Shown piece by piece: positions 39,960 through 48,089 of a stretch of 64,000 nucleotides of DNA; position 1 is the first letter of the stretch, and each line of letters opens with the position of its first letter. Source of the stretch: an uncultured Verrucomicrobiae bacterium (lineage in GTDB: Bacteria > Verrucomicrobiota > Verrucomicrobiia > Limisphaerales > J093); contig CALJWR010000011.1 of NCBI GenBank assembly GCA_937976685.1, positions 532 through 64,531 on the forward strand, in the 5' to 3' direction. A model generated the notes under the pieces. The model was given only the letters and a program-made list of their open reading frames with translations, did not search any database and had not been told where the DNA came from. A program made the translations under genes and the position numbers.

Positions 39960-40880
39960 TCAAAGCCCGTAACTCGCCAGCACCAACGCCCCCACCGCCA
40001 CCGCCAGCAGCCCGGCGAAGTAGCGAATCGCCTGGTCAATCCGGTACCGCGCATGCGTGGCCGCCACGAGCGCCACGAGCAGCACCAGCACGAGCACCTT
40101 CGCCCAAAACACCAGCCAGCCCAACGGGAACACCAGGCCGTTCCCCCAGGGCACGAACAGCGTGACAAACAACCCGCTGTAAATGACCAGCTTGGCCATC
40201 TGCGCGTATTTGAACAGCGCCAGCTTCGGCCCGGAGTACTCCATCAACGCGCCCTCCATGATTTCGGTCTCCGCCTCGGCGATGTCGAACGGCACCCGCT
40301 GCACGAACGCCTGGAATGACAAGATCATCACCGCGAGCATGATGAGTCCAGACAGCGGGAAGCCGGCACCGTACACCGACCCGTTCAGCACCGTGTCGAG
40401 GCGGAATGAACCGGTCTTCACCGCACCGATGACGATCGCAACGGCAAACAGCGGCTCCAGGGCGATCATCGCCATCATCTCGCGACTGATACCCAGCAAG
40501 GAGTAAGTCGAACCGGCCGCCAGACCAGCCAGCAGTGTGCAAACACCGGCCAGTGTGAGCAGGTAGATCAGCAGGAGGGCATCGCCGGCGCCGTTCATCG
40601 GGGCTGAAAAACCCATCGGGATGAAGCAGGCGAGCGTCAGTACCGTGGCCAGCGACAGGTAAACAGCGAAGCGCTGCATCAGGGGTGACTCGCCCGACTC
40701 GATGTCCTCTTTGCCGAGCAGTTTCAGGAGGTCGAAATACGGCTGCCAGATCGGCGGGCCTTGGCGCGATTGCATGATCGCGGTGACCTTGCGCAATACG
40801 CCCTCGTAAAACGGCGCGATGAGCAGCACCGCAACCACGTTCAGCAAACCGCCGAGAATGGGCCAGAGGAGAGTCCTCAT
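39960..40880 (-). CDS. Group-4 hydrogenase membrane subunit (HycD/NuoH-like)
   Basis: Multi-TM with MQSRQGPPIWQPYFDLLKLLGKE and PFDIAEAETEI, the NuoH/HycD signature. Confidence 0.9.
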   Translation of the reverse strand: MRTLLWPILGGLLNVVAVLLIAPFYEGVLRKVTAIMQSRQGPPIWQPYFDLLKLLGKEDIESGESPLMQRFAVYLSLATVLTLACFIPMGFSAPMNGAGDALLLIYLLTLAGVCTLLAGLAAGSTYSLLGISREMMAMIALEPLFAVAIVIGAVKTGSFRLDTVLNGSVYGAGFPLSGLIMLAVMILSFQAFVQRVPFDIAEAETEIMEGALMEYSGPKLALFKYAQMAKLVIYSGLFVTLFVPWGNGLVFPLGWLVFWAKVLVLVLLVALVAATHARYRIDQAIRYFAGLLAVAVGALVLASYGL

Positions 40881-40968
40881 GCTCCACTCCTCGTCTTTCG
40901 GTCGCTTGCGCGCGGCGAAGTTCCCATCGTGCGTGGGGCCGACGCACCGCAGAGCGGTGCCCCGAAGG

Positions 40969-41595
40969 GAGCCGTGGGTTTCAACCCACAGAAACCAGGT
41001 TGCACAAGTGCTCTCGTCGCGGAGCGACGCTTCAGGTCAATCCCACAGATATCGCTCGTCATATTGAATGCCATGCCGATCCAAAAAGACACGGTATTCC
41101 TCCTGGAATGACTTGATCCGATGATGCTCCCGTTGGTTTCGGATGTACTCCTCCACCTCGGGAATCTGTGACTTGCTGACGGTGAAAGACCCGTAGCCAT
41201 CCTGCCAGCCGAACGCCGGGCAAGTTGGAAATGTCTCTTTCACCCAGCCCGAAGATCCGCCTTTGATTCGCTTCAGGGCGTCGCTGACCGAAACCGTCGG
41301 AGGCATGGAAAGAAGCATGTGGACATGGTCCTCCACGCCGCCGACCAGCAGTGGCTTCAGGTCGTTCTGCCGCGCGATTCCTCCCGAGATAGGCCCAGAT
41401 GCGCTGTTCGATCGCCGGCATGATCCAGCGTTCACGGTTCTTCGCGCTGAAGATGACGTGGTAGTGTAGCGCGGTGTAGGTGTTCGCCATGCGCGTCAGC
41501 AGGTTTCAAGCGTCGCTCCGCGACGCGACACGGTATGTCCGGGGCTCACCGTGGACTGAAGTCCACGGCTACCGTCAGCACGTCGCTCCGCGACG
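40969..41595. mobile_element. REPtron-like unit: RAYT pseudogene flanked by palindromic REP hairpins in inverted orientation
   Basis: cgtcgcggagcgacgctt (41015-41032) is the exact reverse complement of aagcgtcgctccgcgacg (41508-41525). A further REP copy lies at 41581-41595. Related outer hairpins at 40969-40990 (gtgggtttcaacccac) and 41548-41571 (ccgtggactgaagtccacgg). Confidence 0.75.
41037..41490 (-). pseudogene. REP-associated tyrosine transposase (RAYT / IS200-like Y1 transposase), frameshifted
   Basis: N-terminus MANTYTALHYHVIFSAKNRERWI...IWAYLG is in one frame. The continuation GIARQNDLKPLLVGGVEDHVHMLLS...GWQDGYGSFTVS...REHH is in the +1 frame (track ORFs 41059..41490 and 41037..41435). 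A single-nt indel near 41381-41388 (GGGAGG) explains the shift. Confidence 0.8.
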
Positions 41596-41614
41596 ACTTC
41601 TCGGACTTCGGACT

Positions 41615-43288
41615 TCATTTCCTTACCCTCACCATCTTCATCAACTCCTCCTGCGACCACACCTTCACCGCCTGGGTTCGCAAGTCAATCGTCTCCAGGC
41701 GGTCCGTGCAGGAGAAACACGGGTCTATGCTGCCCAGCGAGATGGTCATGTCGGCCAGTTGCTGGTCTTTGATCATCGCCGGCACGCCCTGGAGGTTTTG
41801 ATAGGTCGGCGCCCGCACGCGCCAGCGGCGCGGCCGGTTGTTTTCGCCGGTGATCACGAAATGATGCGATTCACCGCGCGGGGCCTCGACGGACGACATC
41901 CCCAGCCGGCCCACGGGCAGTTCATCTTTGATCTCCGTCTGGAGCGGCCCCGGCTCCATTTTCTCCAGGCATTGGCGGATGATCTTGATGGACTCGAAGA
42001 CTTCCTTGGCCCGTACCACCAGACGCGACCAGACATCGGCGCCGTCCGCGGTGATGACATCGAATTCCACCCGGTCGTAGGCGGCGTAAGGATGATCCCG
42101 GCGGCAATCCATGTCCGCGCCGGCCGCGCGGGCTACCGGGCCGATGAGTCCCATTTCCTTTACCAGTCGGCGGTCAGCCACGCCCACGTGGCGGGTGCGC
42201 TTCTGAATGTTCTTGTCCCTGAGCACGGCGGCCACGACCGGCGTCCATTCGGCTTCGAGCTTGTCGAGTACGGCGCGCAACTCCGCTTTCGTCTCGGGCG
42301 CGATGTCCCAACGCACGCCGCCAATGACACAGAGCGCGTAAGTCTTGCGGTTGCCGGTGATCTTCTCGGCGATCCACATGACCGGCTCGCGGATGCGGAA
42401 GCTCTGCATGAAGAGCGTGTCGAACCCGACGATGTGGCAAGCGAGGCCCACCCAGAGCAGGTGGCTGTGGAGGCGCTCGATCTCCAGCATGATGGTGCGG
42501 ATGTATTCGGCGCGCGGCGGCGGGCGCAGAGCCACGGCGCTTTCGACGGCCTGGGCGTAGCAGACGTTATGCACGCAGCCGCAGATGCCGCAGATGCGCT
42601 CGGCCATCAAGGGGATGTCGTTGTAGGTGAGCACCGACTCGGCGAGCTTCTCGATGCCGCGATGCACCATGAAGCCGCGATACTCGCAGCCGCGCACCAT
42701 CTCGCCCTCGACGTAAAGCCGAAAATGCGCTGGCTCATCCAGCGTCGGATGGAACGGGCCGAAGGGCACCACGGTGCAGCCCTCTGGCGGCTCATCGAAC
42801 TTGAACTCACGCTCGTGGTCGAAGCCTTCGGGCACCTGATTCCACGCGAAATCCTTGCGGAGCGGATGCACGCCGTCGGGCCAGCCGTCGGGCAACACGA
42901 GGCGTTTCAGAAAACGGTGACCGACCGGCTCGATGCCGACCAGGTCGCGGATTTCGCGCTCGGCCCAGTTGGCGGCAGGCACCACCTCGGAAATGCTGTC
43001 GAGCTTCGGATTCTCAGCGGGCAAATACGTCAGGACGCTGGCCAGCAGGTGCTCACGATCGAAGGCGAAGTGGTGCGCCACCATGAACTTGCCGGAGAAC
43101 GGGCGGTCATCCGCGCCAATGCTGATGACGTAGCGGGCGTCGAGGTCGCGGAAGATGTGGGCACACACGTCCCTCACGGCGGAGGGTTCAATGAAGACGA
43201 ACAGGCGTCCGTCACTTGGCAAGTCCGCCCGCTGGACGGCCGGGCCAAACTGGGCCTTGAGTTGATTGAGTTTTTCGCGGGCGATCAT
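41615..43288 (-). CDS. Group-4 [NiFe]-hydrogenase large subunit, NuoC-NuoD fusion type (HycE-like)
   Basis: N-terminal NuoC-like part, ERICGICGCVH (L1), and C-terminal DPCFSCTDR followed by a 26-aa tail. ATG 43288 lies inside track ORF 41615..43360. Confidence 0.92.
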   Translation of the reverse strand: MIAREKLNQLKAQFGPAVQRADLPSDGRLFVFIEPSAVRDVCAHIFRDLDARYVISIGADDRPFSGKFMVAHHFAFDREHLLASVLTYLPAENPKLDSISEVVPAANWAEREIRDLVGIEPVGHRFLKRLVLPDGWPDGVHPLRKDFAWNQVPEGFDHEREFKFDEPPEGCTVVPFGPFHPTLDEPAHFRLYVEGEMVRGCEYRGFMVHRGIEKLAESVLTYNDIPLMAERICGICGCVHNVCYAQAVESAVALRPPPRAEYIRTIMLEIERLHSHLLWVGLACHIVGFDTLFMQSFRIREPVMWIAEKITGNRKTYALCVIGGVRWDIAPETKAELRAVLDKLEAEWTPVVAAVLRDKNIQKRTRHVGVADRRLVKEMGLIGPVARAAGADMDCRRDHPYAAYDRVEFDVITADGADVWSRLVVRAKEVFESIKIIRQCLEKMEPGPLQTEIKDELPVGRLGMSSVEAPRGESHHFVITGENNRPRRWRVRAPTYQNLQGVPAMIKDQQLADMTISLGSIDPCFSCTDRLETIDLRTQAVKVWSQEELMKMVRVRK

Positions 43289-43376
43289 GGAGAGAAAAGG
43301 CCGAAGTCCGATTCGGGAACGAGTACGTGGACCGAAGGTGCGACACGCCATGCACCCCAACGGGGTGCTGGTGCAT

Positions 43377-43560
43377 CAGCCCAGGGCAAGCGAGTCCGCG
43401 ATCGCCGCCCTGGGTTACACGCGTGAAGAGGGCCTACACCCTGAAGGGGTGCGGGTCGGACGCGGGTTGCAGTCCGGTTCACCGGCACCCTTTCAGGGAG
43501 CCCACCATTGTCGTGCTTTGTTCCCAGGGCGGCGCTCGCGGACTCGCTTGCCCTGGGCTG
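43377..43560. repeat. 38-bp inverted repeat (1 mismatch) / nested palindromes, REP/BIME-like
   Basis: cagcccagggcaagcgagtccgcga (43377-43401) is the exact reverse complement of 43536-43560. The arms extend to 43414 and 43523 with one mismatch, and each arm is itself a cccaggg...ccctggg hairpin. Flanking hairpins at 43352-43368 and 43570-43584. Confidence 0.85.
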
Positions 43561-43613
43561 GTTTACCACGGCCCTTTCAGGGCCGGCGGCTGCCAACAAT
43601 GTCCGATCTGGTT

Positions 43614-45536
43614 TCATGGCAGGCCTTCCTCTTTGCCAGGGCCAACTCGCGCTGCGCCGCCCAGCCAACCAAACCACTTCTTCAATTCGCCATACAATCC
43701 TCTGGCACGGTACCGGTTCGCTTCGGCTTCGCGCGCATACCCGCAGAGCCACGGTGCGGCCGCCCGGCGGGGCGCGCAGCCAAGCTTCGAGAGTTTCCGC
43801 ACCAGAGCAAACATCAACGCCAGCACCGCGACCAGAACCACCGGCCCATAAAGCGCCTGCTGGTTGACGCTGCCCAGCCCCGTCCAGACACCGAATGTAA
43901 TCGGGCGCGCGTCGGCCAACACGACGCCCAGCCCTTGCCGGCTCGCATTGAGTCCAGCGCTGATGATCGAGAGCGCGAACAGCGGCATCAGCCCGGAAAG
44001 CACGCAGACACAGGCCAGCGCCGCCTGGGCCAGGCGCATCTTGAGCGTGACTTCGAGCAGCGAATGTCGCCGGGCGCGCTCGGCCACGAGTTCACTGGCG
44101 CGCGAAAGGAACATCACGCCGAAGAACTTGATGAACAGCGCCAACGTGATTGCGCTGGTGAAAATGGCGACCAGCGCGCACACGGGCAGCCAGCGCGCCA
44201 CCGCGCCGCCCTGGATCGCGGCGGTGAAGATGCTCCACTTGCTCGCGAAGCCACTGAACAGCGGCACGCCGGCGATGGCGAAGCTGGCGATCAACGCCGT
44301 GATGGCCGTGGCGGGCATGTGCCGGATGAGCCCGCTCAGCTTGTTCATGTCCTGCGTGCCCGTGGCGTGCAGCACCGAGCCGGCGTTGAGGAAGAGCAGG
44401 CTCTTGAACACGCCGTGGTTCAGTGTGTGAAAGAGCGCGCCATAGAAACCGGCTGTGGCCAGGGCCACAACAGGCTCGTGGGTTGAGCCAATCAGCGTCA
44501 GGCACACGCCCAGCCCAAAGAGGATGTATCCACCCTGCCCGATGCTGGAGAAAGCAAGCAGGCGTTTCGACTGCTCCTGTCGCAGCGCCTGCACGGTGCC
44601 CGTGAACAAGGTCGCCGTGCCCAGCAGCGCAATCACGGTGCCCCACTTGGCCGCCGGATAGTCCGCGCGCGATTCCGCCGGCACCAGCCAGAGGAAGTAG
44701 CGCATCAGGCCATAGACGCCGGTCTTGATCATGACGCCCGAGAGCATCGCGCTCACCGGCGACGGCGCGGCGGGATGCGCGTCCGGCAGCCAGATTTGGC
44801 CAAAGGGCCATACGCCGAGCTTGATGCCGAAGCCGACGAGGAATAGGGCGAACGCCACCGCCACCCAGCCGCCCTGCTCTTTCAACTGCGCCGGCATGTG
44901 GTGCAGCACGGCGTCGAAGTCATATTTCATCAGCGTCTCGCCGCCCTCAGTGACGCCAGTGCGCGCGAGGATCGCGGCGCCGACCATCGTGATGCCGCAG
45001 GCCAGTTGCATCATCCAGAGATACTTCTTCGCGGCCCAGGCGTTCTCCGGTTTGCGTCGCTCGTAGCGGATGAGCGCCCAGCCGGCCCAGGTCATTATCT
45101 GCCAAAAGATGAAGAAGAACCACATCATGTCCGTGGTGCTCACCAGGCCATACATCGCGGCGACGAACAGGAGAAAGTTCGGATAGTAGCGCCCCACCCC
45201 GTGCTCCTGGTGATGTCGCATGTAATCAATCGAATACAACGACGCCGGGACGGCCACGGCGGAGATCAGGCACAAAAAGACGGCGCTAAGACCGTCCACG
45301 TAAAGCCGCAAAGCAAAGCCGAGGGATTCGATCGCGAGGAAGGTGCGGGCTTTGCCGGGACCATGCAGCAGGACCAGGCCGGCCTCCATGAGGATCAAAA
45401 CACTGGACGCAAAGACGCAGGCGAACGCCACCCAGCCGGCGATCGCCGTGCGGCGACGTAGCAGCAACGCCAGCATCGCCCCGCTGCCGCAGACAATCAT
45501 GGCATCCAAAACGGCGTGTTCGGCGGTGAAAGTCAT
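43614..45536 (-). CDS. Group-4 hydrogenase antiporter-like membrane subunit (HycC/HyfB/NuoL-like)
   Basis: Multi-TM with WLPDAHPAAPSPVSAMLSGVMIKTGVYG and AFSSIGQGGY. ATG 45536 preferred (MTFTAEH). Confidence 0.9.
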   Translation of the reverse strand: MTFTAEHAVLDAMIVCGSGAMLALLLRRRTAIAGWVAFACVFASSVLILMEAGLVLLHGPGKARTFLAIESLGFALRLYVDGLSAVFLCLISAVAVPASLYSIDYMRHHQEHGVGRYYPNFLLFVAAMYGLVSTTDMMWFFFIFWQIMTWAGWALIRYERRKPENAWAAKKYLWMMQLACGITMVGAAILARTGVTEGGETLMKYDFDAVLHHMPAQLKEQGGWVAVAFALFLVGFGIKLGVWPFGQIWLPDAHPAAPSPVSAMLSGVMIKTGVYGLMRYFLWLVPAESRADYPAAKWGTVIALLGTATLFTGTVQALRQEQSKRLLAFSSIGQGGYILFGLGVCLTLIGSTHEPVVALATAGFYGALFHTLNHGVFKSLLFLNAGSVLHATGTQDMNKLSGLIRHMPATAITALIASFAIAGVPLFSGFASKWSIFTAAIQGGAVARWLPVCALVAIFTSAITLALFIKFFGVMFLSRASELVAERARRHSLLEVTLKMRLAQAALACVCVLSGLMPLFALSIISAGLNASRQGLGVVLADARPITFGVWTGLGSVNQQALYGPVVLVAVLALMFALVRKLSKLGCAPRRAAAPWLCGYAREAEANRYRARGLYGELKKWFGWLGGAARVGPGKEEGLP

Positions 45537-45627
45537 GCGCTCACGATGCACGCGCGGGCGTTAATGCCAGTTGCGGTCCAACGGCTCGGCGCCCCGTTCG
45601 CTATTGGTTGCATGGACCGGACGACAG

Positions 45628-46134
45628 TCATACCACCGCTGCCTCCGCTTGCCCCGCGAGCAGGCTAGCCAGGCGCTCCACGGTGAGTGCCACGGTCGGT
45701 GAAAGTCCGCGCCCGCGGGCGAGCGAGGCCGGTTGCACGCCCAGCAACCAGACCTTGGTGCGACCATTCTTTTCGACGAGTTGCGCCAGCAGACCGAGTG
45801 ACAACTTGTGCGTGGACACCTGGGGAAAACGCGATCCCATCCCGGTCGAATCCAGCAAAACAACCGAACCAGGCGTACAGCCACACTCGACCGCATCCAC
45901 GAACAACACCGTGTCAAAGGCGGCCGCGTCAAGATCGGCGACGTACCGTTCAGGGGAAACGCCAGCGACGATAACGGCAAAGTCGCAGGACGAAGCCCGC
46001 CGGTTGCCGCTCTTCCCCAAGGTTTCCGCCAACCGCACCCCTGTGCCGTCATCGCCGTACTCGAGGTTCCCCATGCCAACGACGCACACGCGGCCGCGCA
46101 GGAGGTCGCTCAGTTGTTCGCGGAAGTCAGGCAT
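45628..46134 (-). CDS. Hydrogenase maturation endopeptidase (HycI-like)
   Basis: VCVVGMGNLEYGDDGTGVRLA...VLFVDAVE...STHKLSL. Confidence 0.8.
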   Translation of the reverse strand: MPDFREQLSDLLRGRVCVVGMGNLEYGDDGTGVRLAETLGKSGNRRASSCDFAVIVAGVSPERYVADLDAAAFDTVLFVDAVECGCTPGSVVLLDSTGMGSRFPQVSTHKLSLGLLAQLVEKNGRTKVWLLGVQPASLARGRGLSPTVALTVERLASLLAGQAEAAVV

Positions 46135-46979
46135 CAGATGTCCTCACCGAGTTTCTTGATCTGTTCGTAGGTGAACACCGGGCCATCCACGCACACGTAG
46201 GCCACGCCGATGCAGCAATGGCCGCATTTGCCCACACCGCATTTCATGTAGCGTTCCAGGGTGGAGACGATGCAGCGCTCGGGCAGTCCCATGTTGAGCA
46301 AGTCTTTGATGACGAAGCGGAACATGATCGGCGGGCCACAGACGAAGGCGATGGTGTTGTCCACCGGCACCTCAATGCCGGGCTTTTTGAAAAGGCTTCC
46401 GACCACGCCCACGTGGCCATTCCACGCCGGATCCGCGCGGTCCACGGTCAGATGACATTCAACCCCGGCAGACTGTTCCCAGCGGCGCAAGTCCTCGCGG
46501 TACATGAGGTCGCGCGAAGTGCGGGCACCGAGGAAGATCTGGATGCGCTGAAACTTCTCGCGGTGGGCCAGTGCGTACATGATGCACGAGCGCAGCGGGA
46601 TCAGCCCAATGCCGCCCGCGACGAAAACCAGATTCTTCCCATAGTAGTCCTCCATCGGAAAGCCGTTGCCATAGGGACCGCGCACGGCGAATTGATCACC
46701 GGGTTTCAGGGCGTGCAGGGATCCCGAACAACTGCCGACCTGCCGGGCGGTGAAGAAGGTTTGGGCCTCGGTGGGGCTGGGCGGCAGCGACAGCGGAAAC
46801 TCGCCCGTGCCGAAGACCGACACCTGCGCGAACTGCCCCGGCCGGAAGCGTCCGAATCTCCGCTGTTCCTCCGGATCTTCGAAGTGCCAGTAAAATGTCT
46901 TCACCTCGGCGATCTCGTCCTGCACCCGGTCCAGAACGGCAAGCTTTGGCAGGTAGATGTTTTCCGCACCGGCGCTCAC
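46134..46979 (-). CDS. FAD/NAD(P)-binding 2Fe-2S oxidoreductase subunit (sulfhydrogenase gamma HydG / AsrB / PyrK-like)
   Basis: RPGQFAQV...RGPYGNGF...LVFVAGGIGLIPLRS...C-terminal CGVGKCGHCC. Confidence 0.85.
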   Translation of the reverse strand: MSAGAENIYLPKLAVLDRVQDEIAEVKTFYWHFEDPEEQRRFGRFRPGQFAQVSVFGTGEFPLSLPPSPTEAQTFFTARQVGSCSGSLHALKPGDQFAVRGPYGNGFPMEDYYGKNLVFVAGGIGLIPLRSCIMYALAHREKFQRIQIFLGARTSRDLMYREDLRRWEQSAGVECHLTVDRADPAWNGHVGVVGSLFKKPGIEVPVDNTIAFVCGPPIMFRFVIKDLLNMGLPERCIVSTLERYMKCGVGKCGHCCIGVAYVCVDGPVFTYEQIKKLGEDI

Positions 46980-48088
46980 GACTGCTCCCCCCCGGCGGTC
47001 GCCGAAAGACGCCCGGTTTCCCCCATGGCCCGGCGGATCATCTCCACCACACTGGGCATCCCCACATCACCGTGGCAGACGGCGGCGCAGCGTCCGCAAC
47101 CGAGGCAGGCCATGCTGAGTTCGCGCTGGATGAAGTAGTGCGCCAGCTTGCGGAAGAACCGGCGATTGCGCCGGTCATGCACCGCCTTGCGCGGGTTGTG
47201 CCCCCCTGCCATCCGGGTGAAGCCCCCCAAAGCGCAGGAATCCCAGATGCGGACGCGCTCGATCTCGTCCGGCCCCACCTTCCGGTCGGTGACGGTGAAG
47301 CAGGTGCAAGCCGGGCAAACATAGGTGCAACCGCCGCATTCGAGACAGCGGTTGCCGATCTCTTCCCAGGTCTTGTCGAGGATCTTGCCCTGGGACACGT
47401 AGCGAACCGTGGCCGGGAACCAACTGGTGGTCGTCTTGAAGCGTTTGCGGACATCGCTGAGGATGGCCCGGCGGCGTTCGACGTGCGCCTCGGTGCCCTT
47501 TCGGAAAACCGGGTTCGCGAAGAGCGCCTCGCCCGCCGGGGTGCCGGCCACCGCCATGAACTCACCGTCGTGCAGGTCCATGAGCTGCAGATCGAAATGG
47601 TCGCGCGCCGCGGGACCCGTGTCCGCACAGACACAGAAACACTCGTCGGCAATATCCACGTTCGGATCGGAACAGACGACGTTCACCAGAAACAGGTTGC
47701 GCCGCCGTTGCTCGTAGTAGGTGTCGCGGAACTCGCGCCCGAGATAGAACCGGTCCAGATGCCAGATGCCGGCCACGTCGCACGACCGAATGCCAAAGAT
47801 CGCCCGCTTGGGATGTTCGTAGGTCGGTTGAATGTCGAAGGTTCCCGAGCCGGTCCCAATCCGAAACAGCCGCTCGATGTGCGGCAGCACGTAGCGCTTC
47901 GGAGGGTAAAAGGGATTTGCTACGTGAACCCGCACGTGCGCGCGGTTATCGTCGGTAACCACGTCGAAAAAGGTGTCCCGCCGGCTTTCTTCATCGCGAC
48001 AGAACGGCGCGATCACCTCGTAGCCTCGAGCGCGGAGCAAATCCACCACGGTGAGGACCTGGTCGTGATTGAGGATGCGCGCTTTCAC
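46976..48088 (-). CDS. 4Fe-4S dicluster subunit (sulfhydrogenase beta HydB / AsrA-like)
   Basis: CLECGGCTYVCPACTC and CLGCGRCAAVC. GTG 48088 lies 1 nt after the upstream stop, and the track ORF extends to 48196 inside the upstream gene. Confidence 0.78.
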   Translation of the reverse strand: MKARILNHDQVLTVVDLLRARGYEVIAPFCRDEESRRDTFFDVVTDDNRAHVRVHVANPFYPPKRYVLPHIERLFRIGTGSGTFDIQPTYEHPKRAIFGIRSCDVAGIWHLDRFYLGREFRDTYYEQRRRNLFLVNVVCSDPNVDIADECFCVCADTGPAARDHFDLQLMDLHDGEFMAVAGTPAGEALFANPVFRKGTEAHVERRRAILSDVRKRFKTTTSWFPATVRYVSQGKILDKTWEEIGNRCLECGGCTYVCPACTCFTVTDRKVGPDEIERVRIWDSCALGGFTRMAGGHNPRKAVHDRRNRRFFRKLAHYFIQRELSMACLGCGRCAAVCHGDVGMPSVVEMIRRAMGETGRLSATAGGEQS

Positions 48089-48089
48089 G

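Noticed and set aside
41480-43426. 648-aa plus-strand ORF
   Set aside because: It is antisense to the HycE-like large subunit, which has unambiguous NiFe-binding motifs. It is a shadow ORF. The same reasoning applies to 36300..37769 (antisense to hoxF), 11210..12970 (heparinase), 15655..17277 and 17171..18508 (MoxR operon), 20322..21371, 21040..22257 and 25838..27103.
41015-43560. CRISPR array as an explanation for the short repeats in the hydrogenase region
   Set aside because: The repeats are palindromic and occur in inverted orientation at irregular spacing. They are REP/IR-type. There are no regularly spaced direct repeats with unique spacers, and no cas genes.
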